Source: Cyanobium sp. NAT70
GTDB lineage: Bacteria > Cyanobacteriota > Cyanobacteriia > PCC-6307 > Cyanobiaceae
NCBI GenBank assembly: GCA_002701375.1
Contig: NZVB01000036.1
Location: 87,705 to 151,704 of the forward strand
Direction of reading: 5' to 3'
DNA: 64,000 nucleotides
How positions within the stretch are numbered: position 1 is the first letter of the stretch; every line of letters starts with the position of its first letter. Positions 42,983 to 52,883 of the stretch are shown here, piece after piece. The notes under the pieces were generated by a model. The model saw only the letters and a list, made by a program, of their open reading frames with translations, was not told the origin of the DNA and searched no databases. The translations under genes and the position numbers were made by a program.

Positions 42983-43344
42983 GCGACCTCTCGATCGATC
43001 GGAACGGAGCCCTCAACCGCGCAGCTGTGGATCGTATTGAGGCCAGCGTGCTTCCGAATCTGGACCGCCATCACCTCCGTCTGCTCGCCCATTGCCTAGC
43101 CAGCTTTCATTCCATGCAACCGGCGGATGATCCCGAAGCTCTTCCGAACGCTTCAGCACGTCGAGCATGGTGCCTCTCCCAACCCTTAATCGCTGAGGAC
43201 CCAACCTTTCTTGAATTAATGATGGACCAACTCGAGATCGCTGCCGTTCAGTTGCAGGACATGGCCAGTGCACGTGGGATCACAGTGATGGCGCTCAGCC
43301 TCGACGATCTCATCGCAACGGCCGAAGCACGATGCCAAGTCTGA
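42979..43344 (+). CDS. Conserved hypothetical protein
   Basis: Overlaps the sufR stop; LDRHHLRLLAHCLASF motif. Confidence 0.75.
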   Translation: MSDLSIDRNGALNRAAVDRIEASVLPNLDRHHLRLLAHCLASFHSMQPADDPEALPNASARRAWCLSQPLIAEDPTFLELMMDQLEIAAVQLQDMASARGITVMALSLDDLIATAEARCQV

Positions 43345-43398
43345 GGATTCATAAGGTGAAGACCAGTCCACTGCCATCATCGCGATAGGCCTGCAGCC

Positions 43399-43998
43399 GT
43401 GATGCCCCTCGACATCCCCGACGCCCTTAGCTTTTTTCGCCTGAGCTGCGGGCGCTGGCGCTCCCAGCGCAGCCAGCACCATCTCCTCCATCGACGCGCC
43501 GAAGCAGGAGCCTCGTTCATCGTCGTCGAAGAGCTGCTGAAAGGAGACACCCGTTTGGACGAGATCGCCGCGACCAACAACGAGGATCCAACTCGAATCA
43601 TTGGCGGCTGTTGGGTGCGCTGGAGTGGCTCAATGGCCTGGGATCGAGCCGGAGAGTCCCACGAGGACCAAACCATGTTTGGCCTGATCCCTACCGATGA
43701 CGCCGGGCGATGTGGTCTTTTGCTTCGGGATCGCGGCTATGCCGAGAAAGCCCCCGTAGCCGGCCAATTCCGAATGGACGATGAGAACGGTCTCATCCTG
43801 ACGACCGACTACGAAATGATGAGCTCACTCGAACGCTTCTGGTTCGCAGGACCGGATCTGCGACTGCGCACCAGCACGGTGCAGGGACTCTCCAACAATG
43901 CCTCCTTCTGCATGGAGACTCGCCAACTGGAGGACGAATCAGCTGGCAACAACCGCGGCGAGACAGTTCGCACGCCTCTCGCTCCCTTCGGCTGGTAG
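43399..43998 (+). CDS. cpcS: CpcS/CpeS-type phycobiliprotein lyase
   Basis: FFRLSCGRWRSQRSQHHL, LLRDRGYAEK, ERFWF and ASFCME. Confidence 0.88.
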   Translation: MMPLDIPDALSFFRLSCGRWRSQRSQHHLLHRRAEAGASFIVVEELLKGDTRLDEIAATNNEDPTRIIGGCWVRWSGSMAWDRAGESHEDQTMFGLIPTDDAGRCGLLLRDRGYAEKAPVAGQFRMDDENGLILTTDYEMMSSLERFWFAGPDLRLRTSTVQGLSNNASFCMETRQLEDESAGNNRGETVRTPLAPFGW

Positions 43999-44106
43999 GC
44001 CTAATTACCTAGGCGGACTATTACGGGTTGTAATTGCTACTCGAGCCATCGAGGGAGCTTCTCTGACGTACTTCTACGATCCGTCCCAGTGGATGCTGAA
44101 GCTCGC

Positions 44107-44874
44107 GTGGCCATTCCCCTGCTGAAGTACGCGCCGATTACCCAGAACGCTCTGCGGCCGGGGGTTCCAAACCTACGTGCAGCTTCGGAGGAGGACTCCA
44201 GGGCTTATTCCATGGAGATCGCCATGGATGCCGACAATCTCAAGACGGTGATTGAGAGCGGCTACCGCCAAATCTTCTTCCATGCCTTCGACTCCGATCG
44301 GGACGTCAACCTTGAATCCCAGCTGCGGGATGGTCAGATCACGGTTCGGGATTTCATCCGTGGCCTACTGCTGTCTGACACGTTTAAGCGCAGCTTTTAT
44401 GGGATGAACAGCAACTACAAGGTGGTCCGCCATCTTGTAGAGCGCATCCTTGGCCGCAAGACGAACGGCAAAGGCGAAGAGTTGGCATGGTCCATCGTGA
44501 TCGCCACCAAGGGCGTCGAGGGCATGGTCGACGAACTGCTCGACAGCCAGGAATATCTGGATGCCTTTGGATACGACACGGTTCCCTATCAACGCAACCG
44601 CGTTCTGCCGGGTCGTGATCTGGGCGATACACCATTCAATATCACCACCCCTCGTTACGACGAGTACTACCGCGGCATCCTGGGCTTCCCCCAGATCGTC
44701 TTCACCGGTCCCACCAAGAAAATCCCCGCCCGCGCGAAAATCACCCGCGGCGGATCGCCAAGCGATTATCTCGATTGGGCCAGAACTGTGTCGATTGGAT
44801 CCATGCGTGGTGCCATGGCGAACACCGACACCGACTACATGGCAAAAGTGCCTTACCGCAGCATCGGCCGTTAA
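44107..44874 (+). CDS. cpcG: Phycobilisome rod-core linker polypeptide
   Basis: AIPLLKY start, YRQIFFHAF, LESQLRDGQITVRDFIRGL and FGYDTVPYQR. Confidence 0.93.
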   Translation: MAIPLLKYAPITQNALRPGVPNLRAASEEDSRAYSMEIAMDADNLKTVIESGYRQIFFHAFDSDRDVNLESQLRDGQITVRDFIRGLLLSDTFKRSFYGMNSNYKVVRHLVERILGRKTNGKGEELAWSIVIATKGVEGMVDELLDSQEYLDAFGYDTVPYQRNRVLPGRDLGDTPFNITTPRYDEYYRGILGFPQIVFTGPTKKIPARAKITRGGSPSDYLDWARTVSIGSMRGAMANTDTDYMAKVPYRSIGR

Positions 44875-44911
44875 AAGGAAGCGTCTACGCAGCAATGCAA
44901 GGAATCGATCG

Positions 44912-44935
44912 GCGGGGCTCATGCCCCGCTTTTTT
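44912..44935 (+). terminator. Intrinsic terminator of cpcG
   Basis: gcggggc-tcat-gccccgc-tttttt. Confidence 0.88.
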
Positions 44936-45069
44936 GTGGCTGGGACTGTGATCCCGCGCTTGGGTCGCGCTCCCAGCAGTCAGTAGATGCTGACCCTTCG
45001 CTTCTTAAGCGTTGGAAAAGGAATTTTTACCCGCAGAATGATCCCAAACGAATTCTGAGGTTTCTGGAC

Positions 45070-46152
45070 GTGTCCCAAACACTGACATCTCTGGCTCGTC
45101 TCACTCTGAGACAACTCCGCCAGATTGCCAGCGATCTGGGCGTTCCTCTCTACAGCCGTAAGAGCAAAGAAGCTCTCGTCGGTGAAGTGGCTCAGCGCCA
45201 AGAGCAACGCGGCGGTGACCTGAAAGCAATCGAGGCCGAGCTCACTGCTCCTGCTGTCTCGACCACAGAAACTCGTGTCGTTTTCCTCCCTCGTGATCCC
45301 CAGTGGGCTTACGTGTTTTGGGAAATTTCAGAAGAAGACCGCAAACGTGCGCAGCAGGAAGGAGCTAGTCGCCTCTTCTTAAGACTGGCAGACGTCACCG
45401 GAATCCACGATGGCAGCGCCCATCCACACACGCTTCAAGAAGTTCCCGTTGATAGTCACAGCACCGAATGGTATCTACCTGTTCCCCTTTGTGATCGGGA
45501 CTATCGCGTGGAATTGGGATACCGAATCACCAACGCTTGGATGTCCCTCGCCTTCTCATCAGTAGCCAGGGTTCCAGCTCTTCATCCGAGCGAACAAATT
45601 CTCGATCAGTTCGTTCCATTCAGCTTGGACACGGCACCGCCAGCTGAAGAAGCTCCTGCGGCACCAGTCACTCCTTCTGAACCCAGCGATAGCGGTCTAC
45701 ACGAGCGCCTCTATCAAAGTGCGACCGTCCACTTCCGTCGTCGTCGTGTGGGATCGGAGGAATTCCAAGAAGCCGGTGATTCCTCGTCTGCAGATCTGCA
45801 AGGCCTGAATGATTCCGGTGTCGGCCTCTGGGCAAGCGGTCGCAATCAGTCCGGGCTTGGGGGTGTAGCTCCAAGGCAGCGTTCGTTCTGGTTGGTCGCT
45901 GATGCTGAGTTAGTCGTCTACGGCGCCACCGATCCCTCTGCACGACTCACCATCGGCGGTGAGGAAGTTCCTCTATCAACCGACGGAACGTTCAGGATTC
46001 AAGTGCCTTTCCGCGACGGAGATCAGGAATATGCGATTGAAGCCACCGCTGCAGATGGTGAGCAAAAGCGCAACATCACCCTGAATTTCCAGCGCAAGAC
46101 TCCCGAAGACAACAGCAACCCCGCCAGCGAAGCTCGCGCTGAGTGGTTCTAA
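45070..46152 (+). CDS. DUF4912 family protein with Rho-N-like N-terminus
   Basis: LTLRQLRQIA..YSRKSK, LPRDPQWAYVFWE and FWLVADAELVVYGAT. Confidence 0.85.
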   Translation: MSQTLTSLARLTLRQLRQIASDLGVPLYSRKSKEALVGEVAQRQEQRGGDLKAIEAELTAPAVSTTETRVVFLPRDPQWAYVFWEISEEDRKRAQQEGASRLFLRLADVTGIHDGSAHPHTLQEVPVDSHSTEWYLPVPLCDRDYRVELGYRITNAWMSLAFSSVARVPALHPSEQILDQFVPFSLDTAPPAEEAPAAPVTPSEPSDSGLHERLYQSATVHFRRRRVGSEEFQEAGDSSSADLQGLNDSGVGLWASGRNQSGLGGVAPRQRSFWLVADAELVVYGATDPSARLTIGGEEVPLSTDGTFRIQVPFRDGDQEYAIEATAADGEQKRNITLNFQRKTPEDNSNPASEARAEWF

Positions 46153-46172
46153 CCGATTAGAGACTCTTCACA

Positions 46173-46343
46173 ATGTTGCGTTGGTTCGTCGCCATCACCC
46201 CCCTAGCGGGGGCGATGGTTTTTCCACTCGTCGTGCCGCTTGTCATGGCCAAAGTGAGCATTGGAGCCGGCGTTGGTGTTGCGTTGGTTCTGAGCTCAAT
46301 TTGGTTTATCGCCATGCTCAAAACTTCAGAGATGCCCCATTGA
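46173..46343 (+). CDS. Small two-TM membrane protein (not in the ORF track)
   Basis: MLRWFVAITPLAGAMVFPLVVPLVMAKVSIGAGVGVALVLSSIWFIAMLKTSEMPH*. Confidence 0.75.
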   Translation: MLRWFVAITPLAGAMVFPLVVPLVMAKVSIGAGVGVALVLSSIWFIAMLKTSEMPH

Positions 46344-46372
46344 TTGGCATTGAGGGGAACCCTTGAACAGGG

Positions 46373-47794
46373 TTGTCGATGCTGATCGTGTGGAGAACAT
46401 TGCTGATTCCATGGGTCATTCAGCTGGCCCTGTGCTGTGGTGGTTGTGATCAAACGGGCCGCATCCTCGGGGAGGTTTCAGCTGATCCCATCCAGCCCGA
46501 GACCATTCAAGTGTGGTTTAACCATCGAATCCGGGCTCGCTATCAAAGCCCTATCTCGCGAACATGGCGTCACGGCGACAACCTAGAACTTGTGCTGTTA
46601 GAGGCGATCAATGCAGCCCGTCATGAGGTTTTGGTTGCTGTTCAAGACATCTCTCTGCCTCACTTAGCCGAGGCTCTTATTGATGCCCGCAATCGAGGCG
46701 TCACCGTACAAGTGATTCTCGAAAATACCTACAGCACACCCTGGACCGAACAGCTAGCCAGCCATCTTCCCTCGCATCAACGTCAGCGCTGGCATCAACT
46801 CAAGCGTTTGGCAGATCGCAATGGAGATGGCGAAACATCGCAAGAAGAAGCCAGTCTCGGTGATGCGATCGGTCTACTCCGTGATGCAGGAATTGCCCTG
46901 ATTGATGACAGCGAAGACGGCAGTCGCGGTAGTGGCTTGATGCATCACAAATTCCTAATCATCGACGAACAGTGGGTGCTCACCGGTAGTGCCAATTTCA
47001 CTAGTTCTGGAATTCATGGAGATGCAGGCGCAACACAAACACGTGGCAACGTGAATCATCTGCTTCGTTTCCACAGCAGCGAATTAGCAAAGGTATTCTG
47101 CCGTGAATTCCAGGTAATGTGGGGCGACGGACCAGGTAGAGAACAAGACAGCCAATTTGGCTTGCAAAAACGCTCCGGTGGAGTTGAAAGCGTGATGGTG
47201 GGAAATACCAAAGTGGATGTGCTGTTCGCGCCACACCCAAAACGCAACCCGAAGCACGGATTGAACTGGCTCGCCCAACAGTTGGGCTCTGCCCAACGCA
47301 GCATCGACATGGCGCTATTTGTCTTTTCAGCGCAACAACTGGCCAATGTGCTGCAACAACGCGTCGACGCCGGAGTTCAGCTGCGACTGATCGCTGATCC
47401 CGGGTTTGCAAGCCGGCCATTTTCAGAGGTGCTTGACCTGCTGGGTGTCGCCCTTCCAGATCACAACTGCAAGCTGGAACAAAACAATCAACCGTTCCAA
47501 CAACCGATGCAAAGCGTTGGCACACCACGACTCGCCCGCGGCGACAAGCTGCACCACAAGTTCGCCGTGATCGACAACCGCAGAGTGATCACTGGATCCT
47601 TCAACTGGTCGCCCTCTGCAGCACACACCAACGACGAGACCCTGCTGGTGATCCATTCACCCCAACTCGCCAAACACTTCACCCGTGAGATGGACCGCCT
47701 CTGGGACACCGCAGAGCTGGGGATCACGCCGCACATCCAACGCAAACTCGATCGCCAAAAGATCCGATGCGGAGATGGAGTGGAGAGGGGCTGA
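46373..47794 (+). CDS. Phospholipase D-superfamily nuclease (ComA/NucT-like)
   Basis: Two HKD motifs (HHKFLIID..TGSANF; HHKFAVID..TGSFNW), N-terminal lipoprotein-like signal. Confidence 0.9.
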   Translation: MSMLIVWRTLLIPWVIQLALCCGGCDQTGRILGEVSADPIQPETIQVWFNHRIRARYQSPISRTWRHGDNLELVLLEAINAARHEVLVAVQDISLPHLAEALIDARNRGVTVQVILENTYSTPWTEQLASHLPSHQRQRWHQLKRLADRNGDGETSQEEASLGDAIGLLRDAGIALIDDSEDGSRGSGLMHHKFLIIDEQWVLTGSANFTSSGIHGDAGATQTRGNVNHLLRFHSSELAKVFCREFQVMWGDGPGREQDSQFGLQKRSGGVESVMVGNTKVDVLFAPHPKRNPKHGLNWLAQQLGSAQRSIDMALFVFSAQQLANVLQQRVDAGVQLRLIADPGFASRPFSEVLDLLGVALPDHNCKLEQNNQPFQQPMQSVGTPRLARGDKLHHKFAVIDNRRVITGSFNWSPSAAHTNDETLLVIHSPQLAKHFTREMDRLWDTAELGITPHIQRKLDRQKIRCGDGVERG

Positions 47795-47895
47795 GGAGAG
47801 GGGAGAGGGGCTTGGGGCGCAAAATTTGCTTAAACAGATCAGGGGTAAAATGCAAATAAATGGTCTCGCGAAGTAAATCCGAAACAGCAAGAAGT

Positions 47896-49005
47896 ATGGC
47901 AAAAATCATCGTCAACTCAGACCCCTCTTACCAGCCAGGAGATTGGGAGGAAACTCGATCGCACCCGGGGACAACTGGAGACGATATTTTCACGATCTCA
48001 CCAGATAGCCATGGATATCCATTCGTCAATGACGACCCGGACTTACATGGCGGAAATGACATCTATCAACTCAGCCTAGATGTATTTCCAGACGAGCTAA
48101 AACCGCATCCTTATCAAGAAGGTGGCGGAACACCAATGATCGAAGGGTTTAGCCTTGAGAGAGACAAGATCATCCTCCCAGATGGTGTCGACCTGAAGGA
48201 TATTTTAATTATTAACTACACAATTCCAGATCCTGACCAGATTGATGAGCATGAGTTGGCATTATCATTCTCGAGCGCCGAAATCAGATATGACCCCCAT
48301 AAAGCATATGAAATGGTCTACCCTCCATTTGGAGAGCTTGGCAGCCGATTCGGCGTGGGGTGGAAAATTGGTAGAACTTTAGTGTATGGAGGCAGATGGT
48401 CGGCGCTTGAATGGAAAGGAATCGACCCCATGAAAAATAAAGAAAATGACCCTGAAGGATACAGACAATGGATAAAGGAAGGAGAGACGAATGCGCTCGC
48501 TCTGGGATTAGATACAGTCCGCTACGGCGCTGATGATATCGGATCAGTCGAATTCAAGGGAAACATCAAAGACTTCTTTTCGAGAATATTCGACCAAAAT
48601 GGAGTAAGCCTGCACGAATATGCTTTTAACAAAAGAACAGGACCAAGCCACGAAACAAATCAAAAAGATCCAGCCTCAAAAGCACATAGCAGTTTAGTCA
48701 AGCCCAAAAAATTCAACAAGAAATTCATCGATAAAATCACTAACTTCCAGCCCACAAACAACACCCTTGCAATCGATTCTGATGGCTTCGGCATCGATAG
48801 TGCACCCACCTTTGCTGTTGGTAAAAACAAGAAAGTAGTGAAGCGGCAACTTGCCAAACTCTATATCGACTTCCTCTACGACCAGAAAAAAGGGTGGCTC
48901 TACTTCAATGAAAATGGTACCGAAAAAGGCTTTGGTGATGGTGGCATCATTGCCATCCTCAAAGGTGCTCCTGAGCTGACTTCAGACAACTTGGAGTTCA
49001 TCTGA
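47896..49005 (+). CDS. Putative secreted protein with RTX-like C-terminal module, paralog 1
   Basis: GTTGDDIF and GGNDIY Ca-binding-like motifs; ends DKITNF...LYFNENG...DNLEFI; start at ATG 47896 by alignment with paralog 2. Confidence 0.8.
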   Translation: MAKIIVNSDPSYQPGDWEETRSHPGTTGDDIFTISPDSHGYPFVNDDPDLHGGNDIYQLSLDVFPDELKPHPYQEGGGTPMIEGFSLERDKIILPDGVDLKDILIINYTIPDPDQIDEHELALSFSSAEIRYDPHKAYEMVYPPFGELGSRFGVGWKIGRTLVYGGRWSALEWKGIDPMKNKENDPEGYRQWIKEGETNALALGLDTVRYGADDIGSVEFKGNIKDFFSRIFDQNGVSLHEYAFNKRTGPSHETNQKDPASKAHSSLVKPKKFNKKFIDKITNFQPTNNTLAIDSDGFGIDSAPTFAVGKNKKVVKRQLAKLYIDFLYDQKKGWLYFNENGTEKGFGDGGIIAILKGAPELTSDNLEFI

Positions 49006-49023
49006 GGAATCCAGCAGCCCCTG

Positions 49024-49122
49024 ACAGCTGAAGCGAAGATCACTCCACACGTCCAGCACAAACTCGACCGTCAGCAAATCAAGTGCGGGGATGGGGCGAC
49101 GATGGGCGAAGCAAACAATTGA
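49024..49122 (+). pseudogene. Diverged duplicate of the PLD gene 3' end
   Basis: TAEAKITPHVQHKLDRQQIKCGDGATMG vs PLD C-terminus TAELGITPHIQRKLDRQKIRCGDGVERG (47708-47794), 19/28 identical. Confidence 0.9.
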
Positions 49123-49174
49123 AGGGGGAAAATTCTTAAACTAAAATCGAAGCACCTTTTAAATACAGACACAA

Positions 49175-49522
49175 ATGAGCTTTTTAAGATCTTGCATAAG
49201 CAACTTGTTGCTCTTATCTGCCATTACCAACACTGCCGCAATAGCCGAAGCACAACCAATGAAAAACTGTGATGGTGTTTATGAATTTTACGGACATCCA
49301 TCTCCTGCAAGCGATAGAGGTTCAGGTCTTAGAATTTTATTCTATCTAGGCGAACGCTTAAATATCTTACAATGCTTTAAAAACTCAAGAGTGGCAACAG
49401 GGGAACCTCTTCATGAACAATTAAATAGTGGCAGATACAGCCAAAAAGACGAGCAGTTGCTCCGGACCACTGCCATACAACTCGACCTTAAAAACCCATA
49501 CATCGCCAATGGAGGAATATGA
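49175..49522 (+). CDS. Hypothetical secreted protein
   Basis: 115 aa, signal-peptide-like N-terminus (..AAIAEAQ), AT-rich. Confidence 0.6.
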   Translation: MSFLRSCISNLLLLSAITNTAAIAEAQPMKNCDGVYEFYGHPSPASDRGSGLRILFYLGERLNILQCFKNSRVATGEPLHEQLNSGRYSQKDEQLLRTTAIQLDLKNPYIANGGI

Positions 49523-49955
49523 ATCATGGCTTACACTAACGTCAACCTAGTAACAATGATAAGGAGTAACACAGAACAAAACTCATGAACACAAGCAAAC
49601 TAAATACAAGGAATAAGCGAGGTAAAAAACAAGGGCAAACATGCCTAAATATAAAGCCAATTTGCGTTTAAGCCTCTCAAAGAATATCAATCCCGTGCAG
49701 ACCAAAATCTCTACATTCATATTGTCGCTGCCAACTGTTAGTTCCTTACACATTAAACCGCTACTTGCTGGTAGCAAAAAATACGATCGCTGGCAGCACA
49801 AGAAGGTCAGCTACAGATACAACGATTGATGCAATATTCGGAAATACAGTTCTGGTTGCCGACAGGAACCGAGCATTGTGGTGGTGAAGTTCACCGACAT
49901 CAAAGAGAATGACCGGGAATTAGTTTGGTAAACTAATAAGAGCAACAGAAAAACT

Positions 49956-51086
49956 TTGGCAATTATTACAATCAATTCGGAACCTTCCTTTCAATATTTT
50001 GACAACAATGAGAATCGATCGCATCCAGGCACGAACCGTAACGATAAATTCATTGTCTCGCCAAACAGTCACGGGCTTCCATTAGCCAATAACGACGAAA
50101 AACGTTCTGGAGGCAAAGATACATTTATACTAAGCATTGATGTCGATGCAAAAAACAAGACAGCTCATCCATACCGAGAGGGAGGCGGAATGGTATTGAT
50201 ACAGAACTTTGGGATCGAGGATAAGATTATCCTGCCAAAAGAAGTTCCAATGGAAGAGTTATCAATCATAGGATATGGATACGTTTATCCCCCCCACAGA
50301 AAACAATATAAATTTGATTTTGAACTAGTGCATGATCCGCACAATCTTTACTTTGATAGTGGCGGGATACTGGACCCACGATCTAAATTCAGCGTAATCC
50401 TAGAAGAAGGAAAAGCAAAAATAACCGGAGGGACTTCCCGCAATACATCCTGGAGTGACAGATCAGAGCCTGAACCAGATCCCGAATATGGCGACCCCAG
50501 AGCAATGAATGCAAAATTAAATCAGCTTCGCGATCCAGCTGGGTACGAAGAATACAAATCGATAAATGAGAAAAGATTTTTCGAATCCGATCTATACCGA
50601 TCAGGAGACTACCTGTATGCAGCTGACAGACTTGCTGACGTCGAAAGCACTTGGTCTAAAGAAAAACCAAGCCTACATGAAATAATGAGAAGAATATCAA
50701 CACCGAGTGGAACTACTTTCTATGAATATGCCTATGGCTCAACCGATAAAAAGCAAAATGCAGAAAGGAAGCCAATTTCAATTCCAAATAAATTTAAAAT
50801 CAAAGCAATCGATAAGATCACCAACTTCAATCCCTCAATCGACACCCTTGAAATCGATACAGCCAGCTTCGGCATCGACAGTGCACCCACCTTTGCTGCT
50901 GGCAAAAACAAGAAAGTAGTGAAGCGGCAACTTGCCAAACTTGATATCGACTTCCTCTATGACAAGAAGAAGGGTGCTCTCTACTTCAACGAAAATGGGT
51001 CAGACATAGGCTTTGGCGATGGTGGCATCATTGCCTTTCTAGCAAAAGCTCTTAACTTGAACAGTGACAACTTGGAGTTCATCTAA
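49956..51086 (+). CDS. Putative secreted protein with RTX-like C-terminal module, paralog 2
   Basis: Shares RSHPGT, SP.SHG, HPY.EGGG, DKIILP, EYA and the C-terminal module with 47896..49005. Confidence 0.8.
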   Translation: MAIITINSEPSFQYFDNNENRSHPGTNRNDKFIVSPNSHGLPLANNDEKRSGGKDTFILSIDVDAKNKTAHPYREGGGMVLIQNFGIEDKIILPKEVPMEELSIIGYGYVYPPHRKQYKFDFELVHDPHNLYFDSGGILDPRSKFSVILEEGKAKITGGTSRNTSWSDRSEPEPDPEYGDPRAMNAKLNQLRDPAGYEEYKSINEKRFFESDLYRSGDYLYAADRLADVESTWSKEKPSLHEIMRRISTPSGTTFYEYAYGSTDKKQNAERKPISIPNKFKIKAIDKITNFNPSIDTLEIDTASFGIDSAPTFAAGKNKKVVKRQLAKLDIDFLYDKKKGALYFNENGSDIGFGDGGIIAFLAKALNLNSDNLEFI

Positions 51087-51947
51087 AACAAACGCTAGTA
51101 GCAATCTCTCTTGCTTAAAAGAACAGATTACTAGACTCTTTTTTTCTCATCCGCAATTCCGTCGGCATTTAGTCGAACAGCAATATATATTATCCTGATC
51201 ACTCCTTACTTTTGATCTTCTCAACAATTCCCCCACGACAGACTTCAGAGCTTTACATGCCTAGCCTTCTCCCTTAAGCCGAACCAAAACATCAAAAAAC
51301 ATTGTCTCTGCCACTCTGAGCAAGTATTTGCCTATTGATTAAGGCTTAAACGCATTATGACACAAGATCACCATCAATCGAGCCTGAGAATTATCAATAT
51401 TTTAACAAAAAGTGGCATCTTTTTCCCAATAAAAATACTATAGCAAAGCCTCGATCATGCCGGCTCTATTATCGACAGTACTGGCAACTTTGCCACCAAG
51501 GACAACAACATGAAGATCCAGAAAGATTGCCAATCACGCCTTAAATTTTTTATGACAACTAGGTCAGCCTCTAGTTGAATAAGAATGACTATGAAAGTCG
51601 CTCCTAAGACGTCCCCCTATAGGTAGACATTAAAAATTAATCTCCAAAACCACTCGAGCGATTCTAGATACATCTTCAAGTCACAAATCCTAGATTAAGC
51701 CACACATGCACCAGGCAAAACACAAACATGAGAACATTGACCAGCCAAGGCTGAGTCCAGTCTTCTTCCATTACTGCATGCTAATGATCATGCTCCGCCA
51801 TTAGCGGAAACAAAAAATAATATTGAATTGATCAGCCAAATTCCATCCAAGACATCATCCTCAATGAATTCCGCTGCGACGAGAGCGAATCAATGATCAC
51901 CATGCGATGCACCTGTATTACTATTCAAGGCTGATTGAATTGATGGC

Positions 51948-52883
51948 ATGAAGTGGTTGGCAACCTCCCTGACGGCAGCAGCTCTCTTCATGTCAACGGG
52001 CTGCGCCGAGATCAAAGAAGCACTGGATGAATACAAGACAGAACAAGTACAGCAAGAAGCAACACAACAAAGAGTCAGAACAATCAATGTTGATCAACCC
52101 ATCGCAAAACTGAGTGTGGAAGAGATCTCAGAAGAATTCGAAGCAAATTCTGTGATGGCCGAAAACAAATACATGAATCAACCGGTTGAATTGCATGGCC
52201 AGATCGGCATGATCGATGATTCACCCTTTAACGATCAAAACATCATTATTACCGTGAATGCAGGGGAGTACAGCTTGGCATCTGTCAGCTGCACAAAGCC
52301 AAGAACATCAGCTGCCGTTGCTCAGCTGCGCAAAGGGATGAGTGTGGCAGTACGAGGAGTTGTCACCTCAGAACAAATGGGCATCGGCTTGTCACGATGC
52401 AAATTCTGGTCACACCAACAAAAACGTTGGATCGGTGCTGCATCGTCACCCCCGCAACAAAGCATCAACCGGGAAACCCGACAATCGCCGACAACAGAAG
52501 ATGCGTCAAATAGCTCAAACAAGACAGACTGGAGCCGATTAGACCAAACTAATCGACGCGATCAACAAACAACCGCAAAAATTGCAACAAATTCAGCCAG
52601 ATTTTTCTCATCGACAACAGGCAAAACAAAAGACATTGGAGTGACAATAACAACTCGTAAAAATGTCAATGGCCACACAATCTACGACGCCCAATGGGCA
52701 GACGGATTTAAATCGTCTTATGTGTTCTGGAAATCGGGTGTTGTTGAGATCATTTCTAAAGATGGGGATGGCAAAACGGACAACACACCAGGAACGTGGA
52801 GAACTAGTGACGGGAACATTATTATCACTGCGAGATCGGGATCTATCACCACATTTCCATCGATGAACCCAATAGCGAACTAA
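51948..52883 (+). CDS. Lipoprotein with OB-fold (tRNA_anti-like) domain and a second C-terminal domain
   Basis: Lipobox STGC; EFEANSVMAENKYMNQPVELHG and LRKGMSVAVRG; low-complexity linker. Confidence 0.75.
   Translation: MKWLATSLTAAALFMSTGCAEIKEALDEYKTEQVQQEATQQRVRTINVDQPIAKLSVEEISEEFEANSVMAENKYMNQPVELHGQIGMIDDSPFNDQNIIITVNAGEYSLASVSCTKPRTSAAVAQLRKGMSVAVRGVVTSEQMGIGLSRCKFWSHQQKRWIGAASSPPQQSINRETRQSPTTEDASNSSNKTDWSRLDQTNRRDQQTTAKIATNSARFFSSTTGKTKDIGVTITTRKNVNGHTIYDAQWADGFKSSYVFWKSGVVEIISKDGDGKTDNTPGTWRTSDGNIIITARSGSITTFPSMNPIAN

Larger units (their letters stand above)
48727..51086 (+). repeat. 279-bp gap-free direct repeat (48727-49005 and 50808-51086)
   Basis: Colinear copies including a 38-bp exact match aaaaacaagaaagtagtgaagcggcaacttgccaaact and the shared ending gacaacttggagttcatct. 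Confidence 0.9.

Noticed and set aside
49583-49829. Two short opposing ORFs between the paralogs
   Set aside because: No family motif; may be an eroded membrane-protein fragment but unsupported
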